NCBI GenBank assembly: GCA_030429765.1
Contig: JAUIER010000001.1
Coordinates: 1,014 to 65,013 of the forward strand
From: a bacterium
Lineage (GTDB): Bacteria; Omnitrophota; Gorgyraeia; Zapsychrales; Zapsychraceae
Direction: 5' to 3'
Length of the DNA stretch: 64,000 nt
Shown here: piece after piece, positions 56,196 to 64,000 of the stretch
How the letters are laid out: every line of letters begins with the position of its first letter
How positions within the stretch are numbered: position 1 is the stretch's first letter
Made by a program: the position numbers and the translations under genes
Notes under the pieces: generated by a model
The model's database searches: none
Seen by the model: only the letters and a program-made list of their open reading frames with translations
Told to the model about the DNA's origin: nothing

Positions 56196-57526
56196 GAGTC
56201 CCCCCACAGAATATCGAAGCGGAGAAATCCGTTCTTGGAGCCATGCTCATTGATGATGAAGCCATCGGTCAGGCGGTGGAAATCCTCGATGAAGCATGGT
56301 TTTACAATGAAGCCCATCGAATTATTTATCAGGCCATTCTTGATCTCTATAATGATCGCAAGAATGTCGATCTGATTACCATTTCCGATAAGCTGAAAAA
56401 TGACAAACAGCTCGATGCCGTCGGCGGAGTCACCTATCTGTCGACGATTATCGACTTTGTCCCTACCTCGGCCAATGTGGCGCATTACGCGCAAATCGTC
56501 AAGGAGAAAGGAATTCTCCGTCAGCTTATTAAAAACTCCACACAAATCATCACCGAAAGTTACGACGCAACAGGTGAAATCGAAGATATCGTGGATAACG
56601 CCGAAAAGCTCATATTCGAGATATCGGATATGAAGCAAAAGCAAAGGTCATACCACATCAAAGAGCTGGTCAAGGATGGGATCGAAACCATTGATAAACT
56701 TTATCAGCGTAAAGAAAGTCTGACCGGAGTCCCAACCGGATTCAACGAAATCGACAAAATGACCTCCGGTCTGCAAAAGGCGGATCTGATCATCGTGGCG
56801 GCCCGTCCGTCGATGGGTAAGACGGCCTTTGCGGTGACGATTGCGGAAAATTATGCCATCCATCATGGCGGAAGCGTGGCAATTTTCAGCTTGGAGATGT
56901 CCAAGGAGCAATTGGTCCAGCGGATGCTGTGTTCACAGGCCCGGGTGGATGCTCACTCCGTGCGATCCGGATTTCTTTCGCCGTCAGACTGGCCGCTCCT
57001 AACCAAGGCCGCGGCTGACTTGTCGAACGCCAATATCTTCATTGATGATACGCCGGCGATATCCGCCATGGAATTACGGGCCAAGGCCAGACGTCTCAAG
57101 GCTAACCATGACATTCAGTTGATCCTACTTGATTACATCCAGCTCATGCGGGGGACCACAAAATCCGAAAGTCGTCAGCAGGAAATTTCAGAAATCTCCC
57201 GATCGCTCAAAGCTATTGGGCGAGAATTGAGTGTGCCGGTGATTGCCTTAAGTCAGTTGTCACGTCTGGTTGAACAGCGTCAGGATCACCGTCCGCAACT
57301 TTCAGATTTACGCGAGTCCGGCGCGATCGAGCAGGATGCCGATGTTGTTTTCCTTTTAATGCGCGAAGAATATTACAATCCCACCGAAGAGAATCGCGGC
57401 GTTGCCGATGCGATTATTGCTAAACAACGAAACGGACCTGTTGGAACAGTTAAACTTGCATTCCTAAAAGAATATGTGCGTTTTGAAAATCTTGCCAACG
57501 TCGAAAATCTTGCACATGTTGATTGA
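56177..57526 (+). CDS. dnaB: Replicative DNA helicase
   Basis: 'PPQNIEAEKSVLGAML' N-terminus, Walker A 'ARPSMGKTAFA', 'ALSQLSR'. 449 aa. Confidence 0.95.
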   Translation: MGNQEVRVPPQNIEAEKSVLGAMLIDDEAIGQAVEILDEAWFYNEAHRIIYQAILDLYNDRKNVDLITISDKLKNDKQLDAVGGVTYLSTIIDFVPTSANVAHYAQIVKEKGILRQLIKNSTQIITESYDATGEIEDIVDNAEKLIFEISDMKQKQRSYHIKELVKDGIETIDKLYQRKESLTGVPTGFNEIDKMTSGLQKADLIIVAARPSMGKTAFAVTIAENYAIHHGGSVAIFSLEMSKEQLVQRMLCSQARVDAHSVRSGFLSPSDWPLLTKAAADLSNANIFIDDTPAISAMELRAKARRLKANHDIQLILLDYIQLMRGTTKSESRQQEISEISRSLKAIGRELSVPVIALSQLSRLVEQRQDHRPQLSDLRESGAIEQDADVVFLLMREEYYNPTEENRGVADAIIAKQRNGPVGTVKLAFLKEYVRFENLANVENLAHVD

Positions 57527-57570
57527 CACGCACTTTGATTGATCCTATAATCAGACAAACACGTCAAAAA

Positions 57571-59901
57571 ATGAAAAAATTATTCCAATTTTCAACGCTA
57601 TTTATAGCATTCTTTATTGTCTTTACATCTACGTTTTCATTTGCCCAGTCATTTTCAAATCCGATGGCCGGCGAGGAGAAGGTACGTAAAGTCAAATCCA
57701 TCGAGGTGATCGGTAACAAAACGATCAGCATCGCCACCATTCTTTCCAAAATCAAGACCAGGGTCGGACAGGATTATCTGCAGGGGGTTGTCAGTGACGA
57801 CCTCAAACGACTGTACAATACCGGCTATTTTTCAGACATCCGCGTTGACCGTCAGCTGGAGGACGGCGCGTTCAAGGTGTCGATATTTGTCGAGGAAAAG
57901 CCCATTATCGAGGAGATCACCTTCTCTAAAACCAAGTATATAAAGGGTAAAGTCCTCAAGAAAAAGATCAAATCTATCGTTGGGAAATTTCTGGACAATA
58001 AGGATCTCAAGGATGATGAAAAAACCATTCTCGCATTATATGAGAAGAAAGGGCTGACGTCCGCTGAGATCAAGGCCGAGACGTTTGTGGATGAAGCCAC
58101 GAATAAGGCCAGCATCCATTTTGTTGTTCAGGAAGGACAGAAGATCCGTATTTCCCAGATCAATATTTTCGGCAATGAGTCGTTTAGCGACCGTAAAATC
58201 CGCAAGGTGATTAAGACCAAGCCCAAGAAATTTGTCATCAGCTCAGGATTCCTTAAGGAAGACGAGCTTGATGAAGATATGGACCGGATCGTGTCGTTCT
58301 ATGAACAGCAAGGGTATATTGATGCGTCCGTTGACTATAAGGTCGACACGTTGGGTAAAGGGGATATCGAAGTCGATATTCAGATCAAGGAAGGTCGGCG
58401 CTACTCGGTGGGTGATGTGACGGTTTCAGGTAATCAGGTGATCTCGGACAAAGAAGTATTGCGCGTCATGAATGAGATTACACCGGGAGGCGTTTTCAGT
58501 CGTGAAAAGCTGGGAGTCGATGTTGCCAATATTCGTACCCTGTACTTTGACCGGGGATACATTTTTGCGCGGGTCAGCGAGTCGACGTCGTTGGATTCAG
58601 GGACTGGTAAAGTCGGTGTCCGGATCGAGATTCTCGAGGGGGATGTGGCTTATGTAGAGCGTGTACGTATCGAAGGGAATACACGAACCAAGGACCGTGT
58701 TATCCGACGAGAGCTGAAAATGCTGCCGGGCGATCGATTTGACGGTGAGCAGCTGAGAAAAAGCAAAGAGCGCCTGACATCTATGGGATATTTTGAAGAT
58801 GTCAGTTTCGATATCGAGGATACCGGCGCTCCGGATCGTAAAGACCTTGTCGTGCAGGTCAAGGAAGCCAAGACCGGGACGTTTAGTTTTGGCGGCGGCT
58901 TTAGTACGGTCGACCGCATCGTTGGATTTATCGAAGTCGAACAGCGCAATTTCGACATTATGAACTGGCCTACCTTTACAGGAGGCGGTCAGCAGCTGGA
59001 AGTTCGTGCCGAGACGGGTTCGTCACGTAGCAACTACCGATTGAGTTTTACCGAGCCGTGGATGTTCGGTCATCCAATTTCGGGTGGATTCGACGCGTTC
59101 CGATCAGAACGTGATCGAGAGGACGATACAGGTTATGCCTATGATGAGAAGCGAACGGGTGGAGTCCTTCGCCTCGGGAAACGATTCAGCGATCGTTATT
59201 CCGGCAATGTCTCCTACAAGCTTGAGGAAGTTGAGATTGAGAATTTTGAAGCCGGCGTCTCGGCGGATCTGCTTGCCGAAGCGGGAGAGAACCTGGTGAG
59301 TACGTTGGGATTTGGATTCACGGCAGACGGACGCAACAGCTTTATCAATCCGACCAAAGGTTGGATCTCACGTCATGATTTGGATTTTGCCGGGAGCTGG
59401 TTGGGCGGAGACAAAGACTTTATCCGGTACCAGACATCAAACAGTGTCTTTATTCCATTGAAATGGAAATCAGTACTCGAGTTTCGATTACGGGCCGGAG
59501 TGGTCGATGCCATTTCCGATTCGAATAAGGTGCCGATCTTTGAGCGATTCTTTGCCGGTGGGGCAAGCAGTATTCGCGGGTATGATGAGCGGGATGTCGG
59601 CCCGTTAGACACGGCCGTCCTGGATCCAATCGGTGGGGAGGCTATGCTCGTCGGGAATATCGAGTATACCATTCCGGTGATCCAGTACATCAAACTGGCG
59701 GCCTTCTATGACATTGGAAATGTCTGGGCTGACATCAAGGATTTCGGTGGAGGAAATTTCAAATCGGGCGTCGGTCTGGGACTCAGGGTTAAGACACCGA
59801 TCGGACCGATCAATCTGGATTACGGATATCCATTGGATGATGTTCCGACCGAGGCCGACCGTGAAGGAAAATTCTACTTTAGTGTAAGTCGTGGATTCTA
59901 A
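57571..59901 (+). CDS. bamA: Outer membrane protein assembly factor BamA (Omp85)
   Basis: A signal peptide, repeated POTRA-like segments, and a C-terminal beta-barrel with 'GGGFSTVDR' and a terminal 'YFSVSRGF'. The start was moved to the ATG at 57571. Confidence 0.85.
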   Translation: MKKLFQFSTLFIAFFIVFTSTFSFAQSFSNPMAGEEKVRKVKSIEVIGNKTISIATILSKIKTRVGQDYLQGVVSDDLKRLYNTGYFSDIRVDRQLEDGAFKVSIFVEEKPIIEEITFSKTKYIKGKVLKKKIKSIVGKFLDNKDLKDDEKTILALYEKKGLTSAEIKAETFVDEATNKASIHFVVQEGQKIRISQINIFGNESFSDRKIRKVIKTKPKKFVISSGFLKEDELDEDMDRIVSFYEQQGYIDASVDYKVDTLGKGDIEVDIQIKEGRRYSVGDVTVSGNQVISDKEVLRVMNEITPGGVFSREKLGVDVANIRTLYFDRGYIFARVSESTSLDSGTGKVGVRIEILEGDVAYVERVRIEGNTRTKDRVIRRELKMLPGDRFDGEQLRKSKERLTSMGYFEDVSFDIEDTGAPDRKDLVVQVKEAKTGTFSFGGGFSTVDRIVGFIEVEQRNFDIMNWPTFTGGGQQLEVRAETGSSRSNYRLSFTEPWMFGHPISGGFDAFRSERDREDDTGYAYDEKRTGGVLRLGKRFSDRYSGNVSYKLEEVEIENFEAGVSADLLAEAGENLVSTLGFGFTADGRNSFINPTKGWISRHDLDFAGSWLGGDKDFIRYQTSNSVFIPLKWKSVLEFRLRAGVVDAISDSNKVPIFERFFAGGASSIRGYDERDVGPLDTAVLDPIGGEAMLVGNIEYTIPVIQYIKLAAFYDIGNVWADIKDFGGGNFKSGVGLGLRVKTPIGPINLDYGYPLDDVPTEADREGKFYFSVSRGF

Positions 59902-59905
59902 TTGA

Positions 59906-60409
59906 ATGGAGGATATCATGAAAATCAAAAATATATTACTTTCACTGTTGATGTGCGCTGTGATTGCCACTCCCGCCTTGGCCAAAGACAAGTTGGGATA
60001 TGTCGATTTAAGCCGATTGTTTGACGAGTACTATAAGACGCAGGATTATGATAAGACACTTGAGTCCAAGCACAAAGGGTTTGAAGAAACCCGGAATCAG
60101 AAAATTGAACAGATCCGGGAGTCCCAAGGTAAACTTGGACTGCTGAATGAAGACAAGAAAGCTGAGCTTGAAGAAGAAATTGAAAAGATGAAGGCCGATT
60201 TGCTTGAATTTGATCGGCAGAAAAAGGCTGACCTGACCAAAGAACGAAACGAAAAGATCCGGGAGATTTTGCTGGAAATTGAGAATGAAGTCAGCGCGTA
60301 TGCCGAGAAAGAAGGATTCGCCATGATCCTTAATGATCGTGTCCTGGTATATGGGAACCAGACGATCGACGTCACCGAAGAAATCCTTCAAAAGCTCAAC
60401 ACCCGATAA
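59906..60409 (+). CDS. skp: OmpH/Skp periplasmic chaperone
   Basis: A signal peptide plus the coiled-coil '[12 protein letters not shown]'. It sits between bamA and lpxD. Confidence 0.8.
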   Translation: MEDIMKIKNILLSLLMCAVIATPALAKDKLGYVDLSRLFDEYYKTQDYDKTLESKHKGFEETRNQKIEQIRESQGKLGLLNEDKKAELEEEIEKMKADLLEFDRQKKADLTKERNEKIREILLEIENEVSAYAEKEGFAMILNDRVLVYGNQTIDVTEEILQKLNTR

Positions 60410-60492
60410 CATCAATTCAAGATATGATGAATACCAAAAACAGAGGACAGGTGTCCTCTGTTTTTTGGGATCTAGCACCTCAGGAACGTGTT

Positions 60493-61548
60493 ATGCAAAA
60501 AACCTTAGCCGAGATTGCGCAAATGATAGATGGCGAGGTTTGTGGTGACGGGAATGTCAAGATCACCGGCCTGAATGGTATCCGCGAGGCTGGTAGCGGT
60601 GAAATTACCTTTGTGGCCAATTCAAAATACGCTGCCTTGCTGAAACGGACCGATGCGGCGGCTGTAATTATCCCGCCGAGTCTAGACCCGCCCGAGATTC
60701 CTTCCATACGAGTTGATGATCCGGTTCAGGCCTTTTCGATTCTGGCTCAGAAAATGGTTGGGGATGATCAGTATGAGATTTCTGGGATTCATCCGACGGC
60801 GGTCATTGCCGATGACGTCCGGATTGGGTCTGATGTGTCGATTGGACCGCAAGTTGTTGTGGAACCAGGGGTTGTGATTGGAGATCGCTGCCGGATCGAA
60901 GCCGGATCATTTGTAGGGTATAAGGCGGAAGTGGGCGCAGATGGCCATTTGCTGCCGAATGTGACGATATTGTCCAAGTGCCGGATTGGCAGCCGGGTGA
61001 AAATTTTCAGCGGCACGGTGATTGGTGCGGATGGTTTTGGATTTGAGGTGGTCAATGGGGCTCATCAGAAGATTCCCCAGATCGGCATCGTGATCATCGA
61101 GGATGACGTGGAGATTGGTTCCAATGTCACTATCGACCGGGCTCGATTTAACGCGACGGTGATCGGACGGGGTACAAAGATTGACAATCTGGTACAAATC
61201 GGACACAATGTCATCATCGGTGCGCATTGTATTGTTGTATCGCAGGTTGGAATCAGCGGCAGTACGCTGGTTGGTAAAAATTCAATCCTGGCCGGACAGG
61301 CCGGCATTGCCGGACATCTAACGATCGGTGCCAACTCAATTGTGGCGGCTCAAGCAGGCGTAACTGGATCTATCCCGGAAAATAGCAAAGTCAGCGGGTA
61401 TCCGGCCAAGCCGCATGTGCATGCCAAGCGTGTGAATGCCCATGTTCAGCAGCTGCCGGATTATATTAAACGGATCAAGGCATTAGAGAAAAAAATATCA
61501 GAACTTGAAGCAGGACGAAATGAAACCAGCGAATCAAAAGACGATTAA
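60493..61548 (+). CDS. lpxD: UDP-3-O-acylglucosamine N-acyltransferase
   Basis: N-terminus '[12 protein letters not shown]...ITGL', then hexapeptide repeats. The start was moved to the ATG at 60493. Confidence 0.85.
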   Translation: MQKTLAEIAQMIDGEVCGDGNVKITGLNGIREAGSGEITFVANSKYAALLKRTDAAAVIIPPSLDPPEIPSIRVDDPVQAFSILAQKMVGDDQYEISGIHPTAVIADDVRIGSDVSIGPQVVVEPGVVIGDRCRIEAGSFVGYKAEVGADGHLLPNVTILSKCRIGSRVKIFSGTVIGADGFGFEVVNGAHQKIPQIGIVIIEDDVEIGSNVTIDRARFNATVIGRGTKIDNLVQIGHNVIIGAHCIVVSQVGISGSTLVGKNSILAGQAGIAGHLTIGANSIVAAQAGVTGSIPENSKVSGYPAKPHVHAKRVNAHVQQLPDYIKRIKALEKKISELEAGRNETSESKDD

Positions 61549-62854
61549 GAACGAATGTGAAATAGAGGGAGTTGGTCTTCACACCGGAAGTCCTGTGAAG
61601 GCGATTTTGAAACCGGGTATGGTCGGTGCCGGAATAGTTTTTATCCGTACCGATTTGCCGGAACAACCTATGGTTCCGGCAAATATTGAGAGTATTAATT
61701 TATCACCGGGCGTTCCCCGATGCACGACGATCGGCAAAGATGAACATCAAATTCATACCATCGAGCATTTAATGAGTGCCCTGGCCGGCTGCGGGATTAC
61801 GAATCTCACCGTCGAGCTTGACGCCTCAGAGTTGCCCGGAGGCGATGGCAGTGCGTTGTGTTTTTACGAAGCGGTTCAAAAGGCGGGGATTGAAGATCAA
61901 TCCGAACCGGTTGAGCCTTTTTTTTTATCCGAACCCATCGGGGTCTCCAATGATCACGCCTCGATCTTCATCACGCCGGCTGATGATTTTAAGATTACAT
62001 ATGCCCTGAACTATGATCATCCGTTGCTGCGTTCGCAGTTCTTTGAATTCACTATGACACCGGAAAATTATGCTCGAGATATTGCGTCGTGTCGTACATT
62101 CTGTATGGAAGAGGAGGCCGATGAGCTTAGGCGCAAAGGATTAGGCAAGGGGGCCAACTTTAAAAATACATTGGTCGTGGGAGCCAAGGGTGTCCTGGAA
62201 AATGAGGTTCGATTTGCGGATGAATTTGTCCGGCACAAGGTTTTGGATATTGTTGGAGATTTGTATTTGCTGGGACTGCCGTTAAAGGGGCATGTCTTTG
62301 CCGTGAAAAGCGGACACCGGCTGAATCTGCAGCTGTTGAAGAAGATTCAGCAGCAGCGTAAGCTGGCCAAGGTCAAGGCAGCCCGATTTGACTATGATTT
62401 TACTGGCAAGAAAGAGATCGATATAGAAGGGATCATGAAGGTACTTCCGCACCGGTATCCATTTTTGCTGGTAGACCGGGTGATCGAGATTGAGCATGGC
62501 AAAAAGGCCGTGGGCATCAAAAATGTCACGATAAATGACGGATTTTTCCAGGGGCATTTCCCCACCCGGCCGGTTATGCCCGGGGTTTTGATGGTCGAGG
62601 CCATGGCCCAGACGGCCGGCGTTGTTGTCTTGACGAATCCGGCGCATCGTGGTAAATTAGCCTTTTTTATGGCTGTGGATAATGTCAAATTCCGCAAGGT
62701 CGTCACCGCTGGCGACCAGCTGATGATGGATATTGAGGTGACCAAGGACCGCAGCCGGATCACTCAAATTCACGCTGTATCGCGGGTGGATGGGGAAATT
62801 GTAGCCGAGGCCGATATGACATTTTCCTTCACCGACGCCTCATATTTGGACTAG
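61520..62854 (+). CDS. lpxC-fabZ: Fused LpxC (UDP-3-O-acyl-GlcNAc deacetylase) and FabZ (3-hydroxyacyl-ACP dehydratase) bifunctional protein
   Basis: Residues 1-~285 carry 'GVGLHTG', '[10 protein letters not shown]' and '[14 protein letters not shown]' (LpxC). Residues ~300-445 carry '[13 protein letters not shown]', 'FFQGHFP..PVMPGVL' and 'EAMAQ' (FabZ). One continuous ORF. Confidence 0.85.
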   Translation: MKPANQKTIKNECEIEGVGLHTGSPVKAILKPGMVGAGIVFIRTDLPEQPMVPANIESINLSPGVPRCTTIGKDEHQIHTIEHLMSALAGCGITNLTVELDASELPGGDGSALCFYEAVQKAGIEDQSEPVEPFFLSEPIGVSNDHASIFITPADDFKITYALNYDHPLLRSQFFEFTMTPENYARDIASCRTFCMEEEADELRRKGLGKGANFKNTLVVGAKGVLENEVRFADEFVRHKVLDIVGDLYLLGLPLKGHVFAVKSGHRLNLQLLKKIQQQRKLAKVKAARFDYDFTGKKEIDIEGIMKVLPHRYPFLLVDRVIEIEHGKKAVGIKNVTINDGFFQGHFPTRPVMPGVLMVEAMAQTAGVVVLTNPAHRGKLAFFMAVDNVKFRKVVTAGDQLMMDIEVTKDRSRITQIHAVSRVDGEIVAEADMTFSFTDASYLD

Positions 62855-62936
62855 TTTTTTTTGGCATGACAAAAAATGTCAATAAATGTGTTTGAAAACT
62901 GCAAAATTGCAGTAAAATATTAAGTAAGTTGATCTT

Positions 62937-63722
62937 ATGGAAAACGTAAATATCCACAAAACTGCCGTCATCCACCCGGGCGCCAAGCTTTCTCCAGGCG
63001 TCTCGATCGGTCCCTATTCGATCGTGGAAGGCAACGTCACCCTGGGCGACAATGTCCGTGTCGGCAGCCATTGCGTTCTCACCGGCCAAACCACTATTGG
63101 TCGAAATTGTAAGATTTATACCGGCGCCGTCATCGGCAGCGCCCCTCAAGACCGCAAGCATTCCGCGGATGATAATGTATTTCTCAATATCGGTGAAAAT
63201 AATGTGATCCGTGAATATGTCACCATGAATCCAGGTACGCTGGATGGAGGCGGCAAGACGATCATCGGTAGCGGTAATTTGTTTATGGCCTATTCCCATG
63301 TGGCTCATGACTGCGTTATCGGTAATAATTGTGTGATGGCAAACGCCGCCACGCTGGCCGGACATGTGACGCTTGAGGACAACGCCGTTTTGGGCGGATT
63401 CAGTGCCGTGCATCAGTTCACCCGATTGGGCCGGCTGTCAATTGTTGGCGGCTGTTCAAAAGTGGTTCAGGACGTGCCGCCGTTCGCGATGGTTGACGGG
63501 CATCCGGTCAAAGTGATCCGGACCAATGTCGTTGGCCTGAAACGTTCACAGATTTCCGAAAAATCGATCAAGCTTCTGAACAAATCGTTCAAGATTTTAT
63601 TCCGACAAGGTTTAACCAAAACACACGCTATTGAAAAAGTCATCGCTGAAGTTGAAGCCAGCCCTGAAGTCGAGCATCTTGTATTTTTCTGCAAGACGTC
63701 AGAGCGTGGATTGTGTAGTTAA
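62937..63722 (+). CDS. lpxA: Acyl-ACP–UDP-GlcNAc O-acyltransferase
   Basis: 'IHPGAKLSPGVSIGPYSIVEGNVTLGDNV' LbH repeats. 261 aa. Confidence 0.9.
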   Translation: MENVNIHKTAVIHPGAKLSPGVSIGPYSIVEGNVTLGDNVRVGSHCVLTGQTTIGRNCKIYTGAVIGSAPQDRKHSADDNVFLNIGENNVIREYVTMNPGTLDGGGKTIIGSGNLFMAYSHVAHDCVIGNNCVMANAATLAGHVTLEDNAVLGGFSAVHQFTRLGRLSIVGGCSKVVQDVPPFAMVDGHPVKVIRTNVVGLKRSQISEKSIKLLNKSFKILFRQGLTKTHAIEKVIAEVEASPEVEHLVFFCKTSERGLCS

Positions 63723-63803
63723 TTATAAGGAAGTCACAAGCCGCAATTAGCCGATTGGAGCATCCCGCTCATATCGACGTGTGTTCTTGTGGCGTTTTTG
63801 TTT

Positions 63804-64000
63804 ATGGTCGAGAAACGACTCGGACTCATCGCCGGTAACGGCAAATTTCCCATTCTCTTCGCCAAGGAAGCCAAGTCTATGGACTATGAGGTCATAGCGG
63901 CTGGTATTCGCGGCGACACATCATTTTTACTGAAACCGTTTGTGGACAAGATCAGTACATTTAATGTCGGCGAACTTCGCAAACTGTTCACTTATTTCGA
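63804..64000 (+). CDS. lpxI: LpxI-like (DUF1009) UDP-2,3-diacylglucosamine hydrolase, 5' fragment; it runs off the window end
   Basis: The translation 'MVEKRLGLIAGNGKFPILFAKEAK...' resembles LpxI N-termini. The ORF is open to nt 64000. Confidence 0.5.
   Translation, partial: MVEKRLGLIAGNGKFPILFAKEAKSMDYEVIAAGIRGDTSFLLKPFVDKISTFNVGELRKLFTYF

Noticed and set aside
62855-62936. Possible sigma54 promoter (TGGCAT...)
   Set aside because: The spacing and the -12 element do not fit the TGGCAC-N5-TTGCA consensus
1-64000. Mobile elements, CRISPR arrays, prophage or toxin-antitoxin modules
   Set aside because: I found no transposase, integrase or recombinase signatures, no regularly spaced direct repeats, and no flanking tRNA-associated islands. 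The only tRNA (Gln) sits in a conserved housekeeping context

Overview
This 64 kb window looks like chromosomal DNA from a diderm, LPS-making bacterium with moderate GC; I could not place the lineage from sequence alone. Nearly every gene is on the + strand and tightly packed, often with ATGA- or TAATG-type start/stop overlaps. I saw no transposases or integrases, and no CRISPR array. Gene calls by position:

- **1–12.1 kb:** the 3' end of a large PGI/SIS-like protein (runs off the left edge), then a nucleotide-sugar and glycan locus. It holds a WbpB-like oxidoreductase, a WbpE-like aminotransferase, a polyprenyl-phosphate GT2, a DUF354-like protein, a GT4, a YfhO-like GT-C membrane protein, a TPR protein and a WbpD-like acetyltransferase.
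- **12.1–19.9 kb:** housekeeping genes trxA, panD, def, lipA, mlaE/F/D, yggT, ybaB and greA.
- **19.9–23.6 kb:** a minus-strand tandem duplication of a two-gene membrane cassette.
- **23.7–27.8 kb:** an ArnT/PMT-like GT-C and a second oxidoreductase, acetyltransferase and GT2 module.
- **27.8–45.6 kb:** more housekeeping (rlmB, an M48 protease, RNA-modification enzymes, ABC-F, an Nth-like glycosylase, rmuC, pgeF, cutA). This stretch also holds a hybrid histidine kinase, Hpt, TMTC-like GT-C/TPR, coiled-coil, aminotransferase and response-regulator operon.
- **45.6–64 kb:** a PpiD-like gene on the minus strand, hisG, ispE, spoVG with a zinc-ribbon insertion, tRNA-Gln(UUG), glmU-prs-ctc-pth, rpsF-ssb-rpsR-rplI-dnaB, and an outer-membrane/lipid A block: bamA-skp-lpxD, a fused lpxC-fabZ, lpxA, and the 5' end of lpxI.

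The most interesting content is a scattered but coherent periplasmic glycosylation toolkit. It comprises two polyprenyl-P-sugar GT2s, at least five GT-C-type membrane proteins (two of them as a duplicated cassette), and duplicated modules that look like UDP-2,3-diacetamido-sugar biosynthesis. Part of this toolkit sits inside a phosphorelay operon. All assignments come from motifs I recognise in the translations; I ran no database searches.
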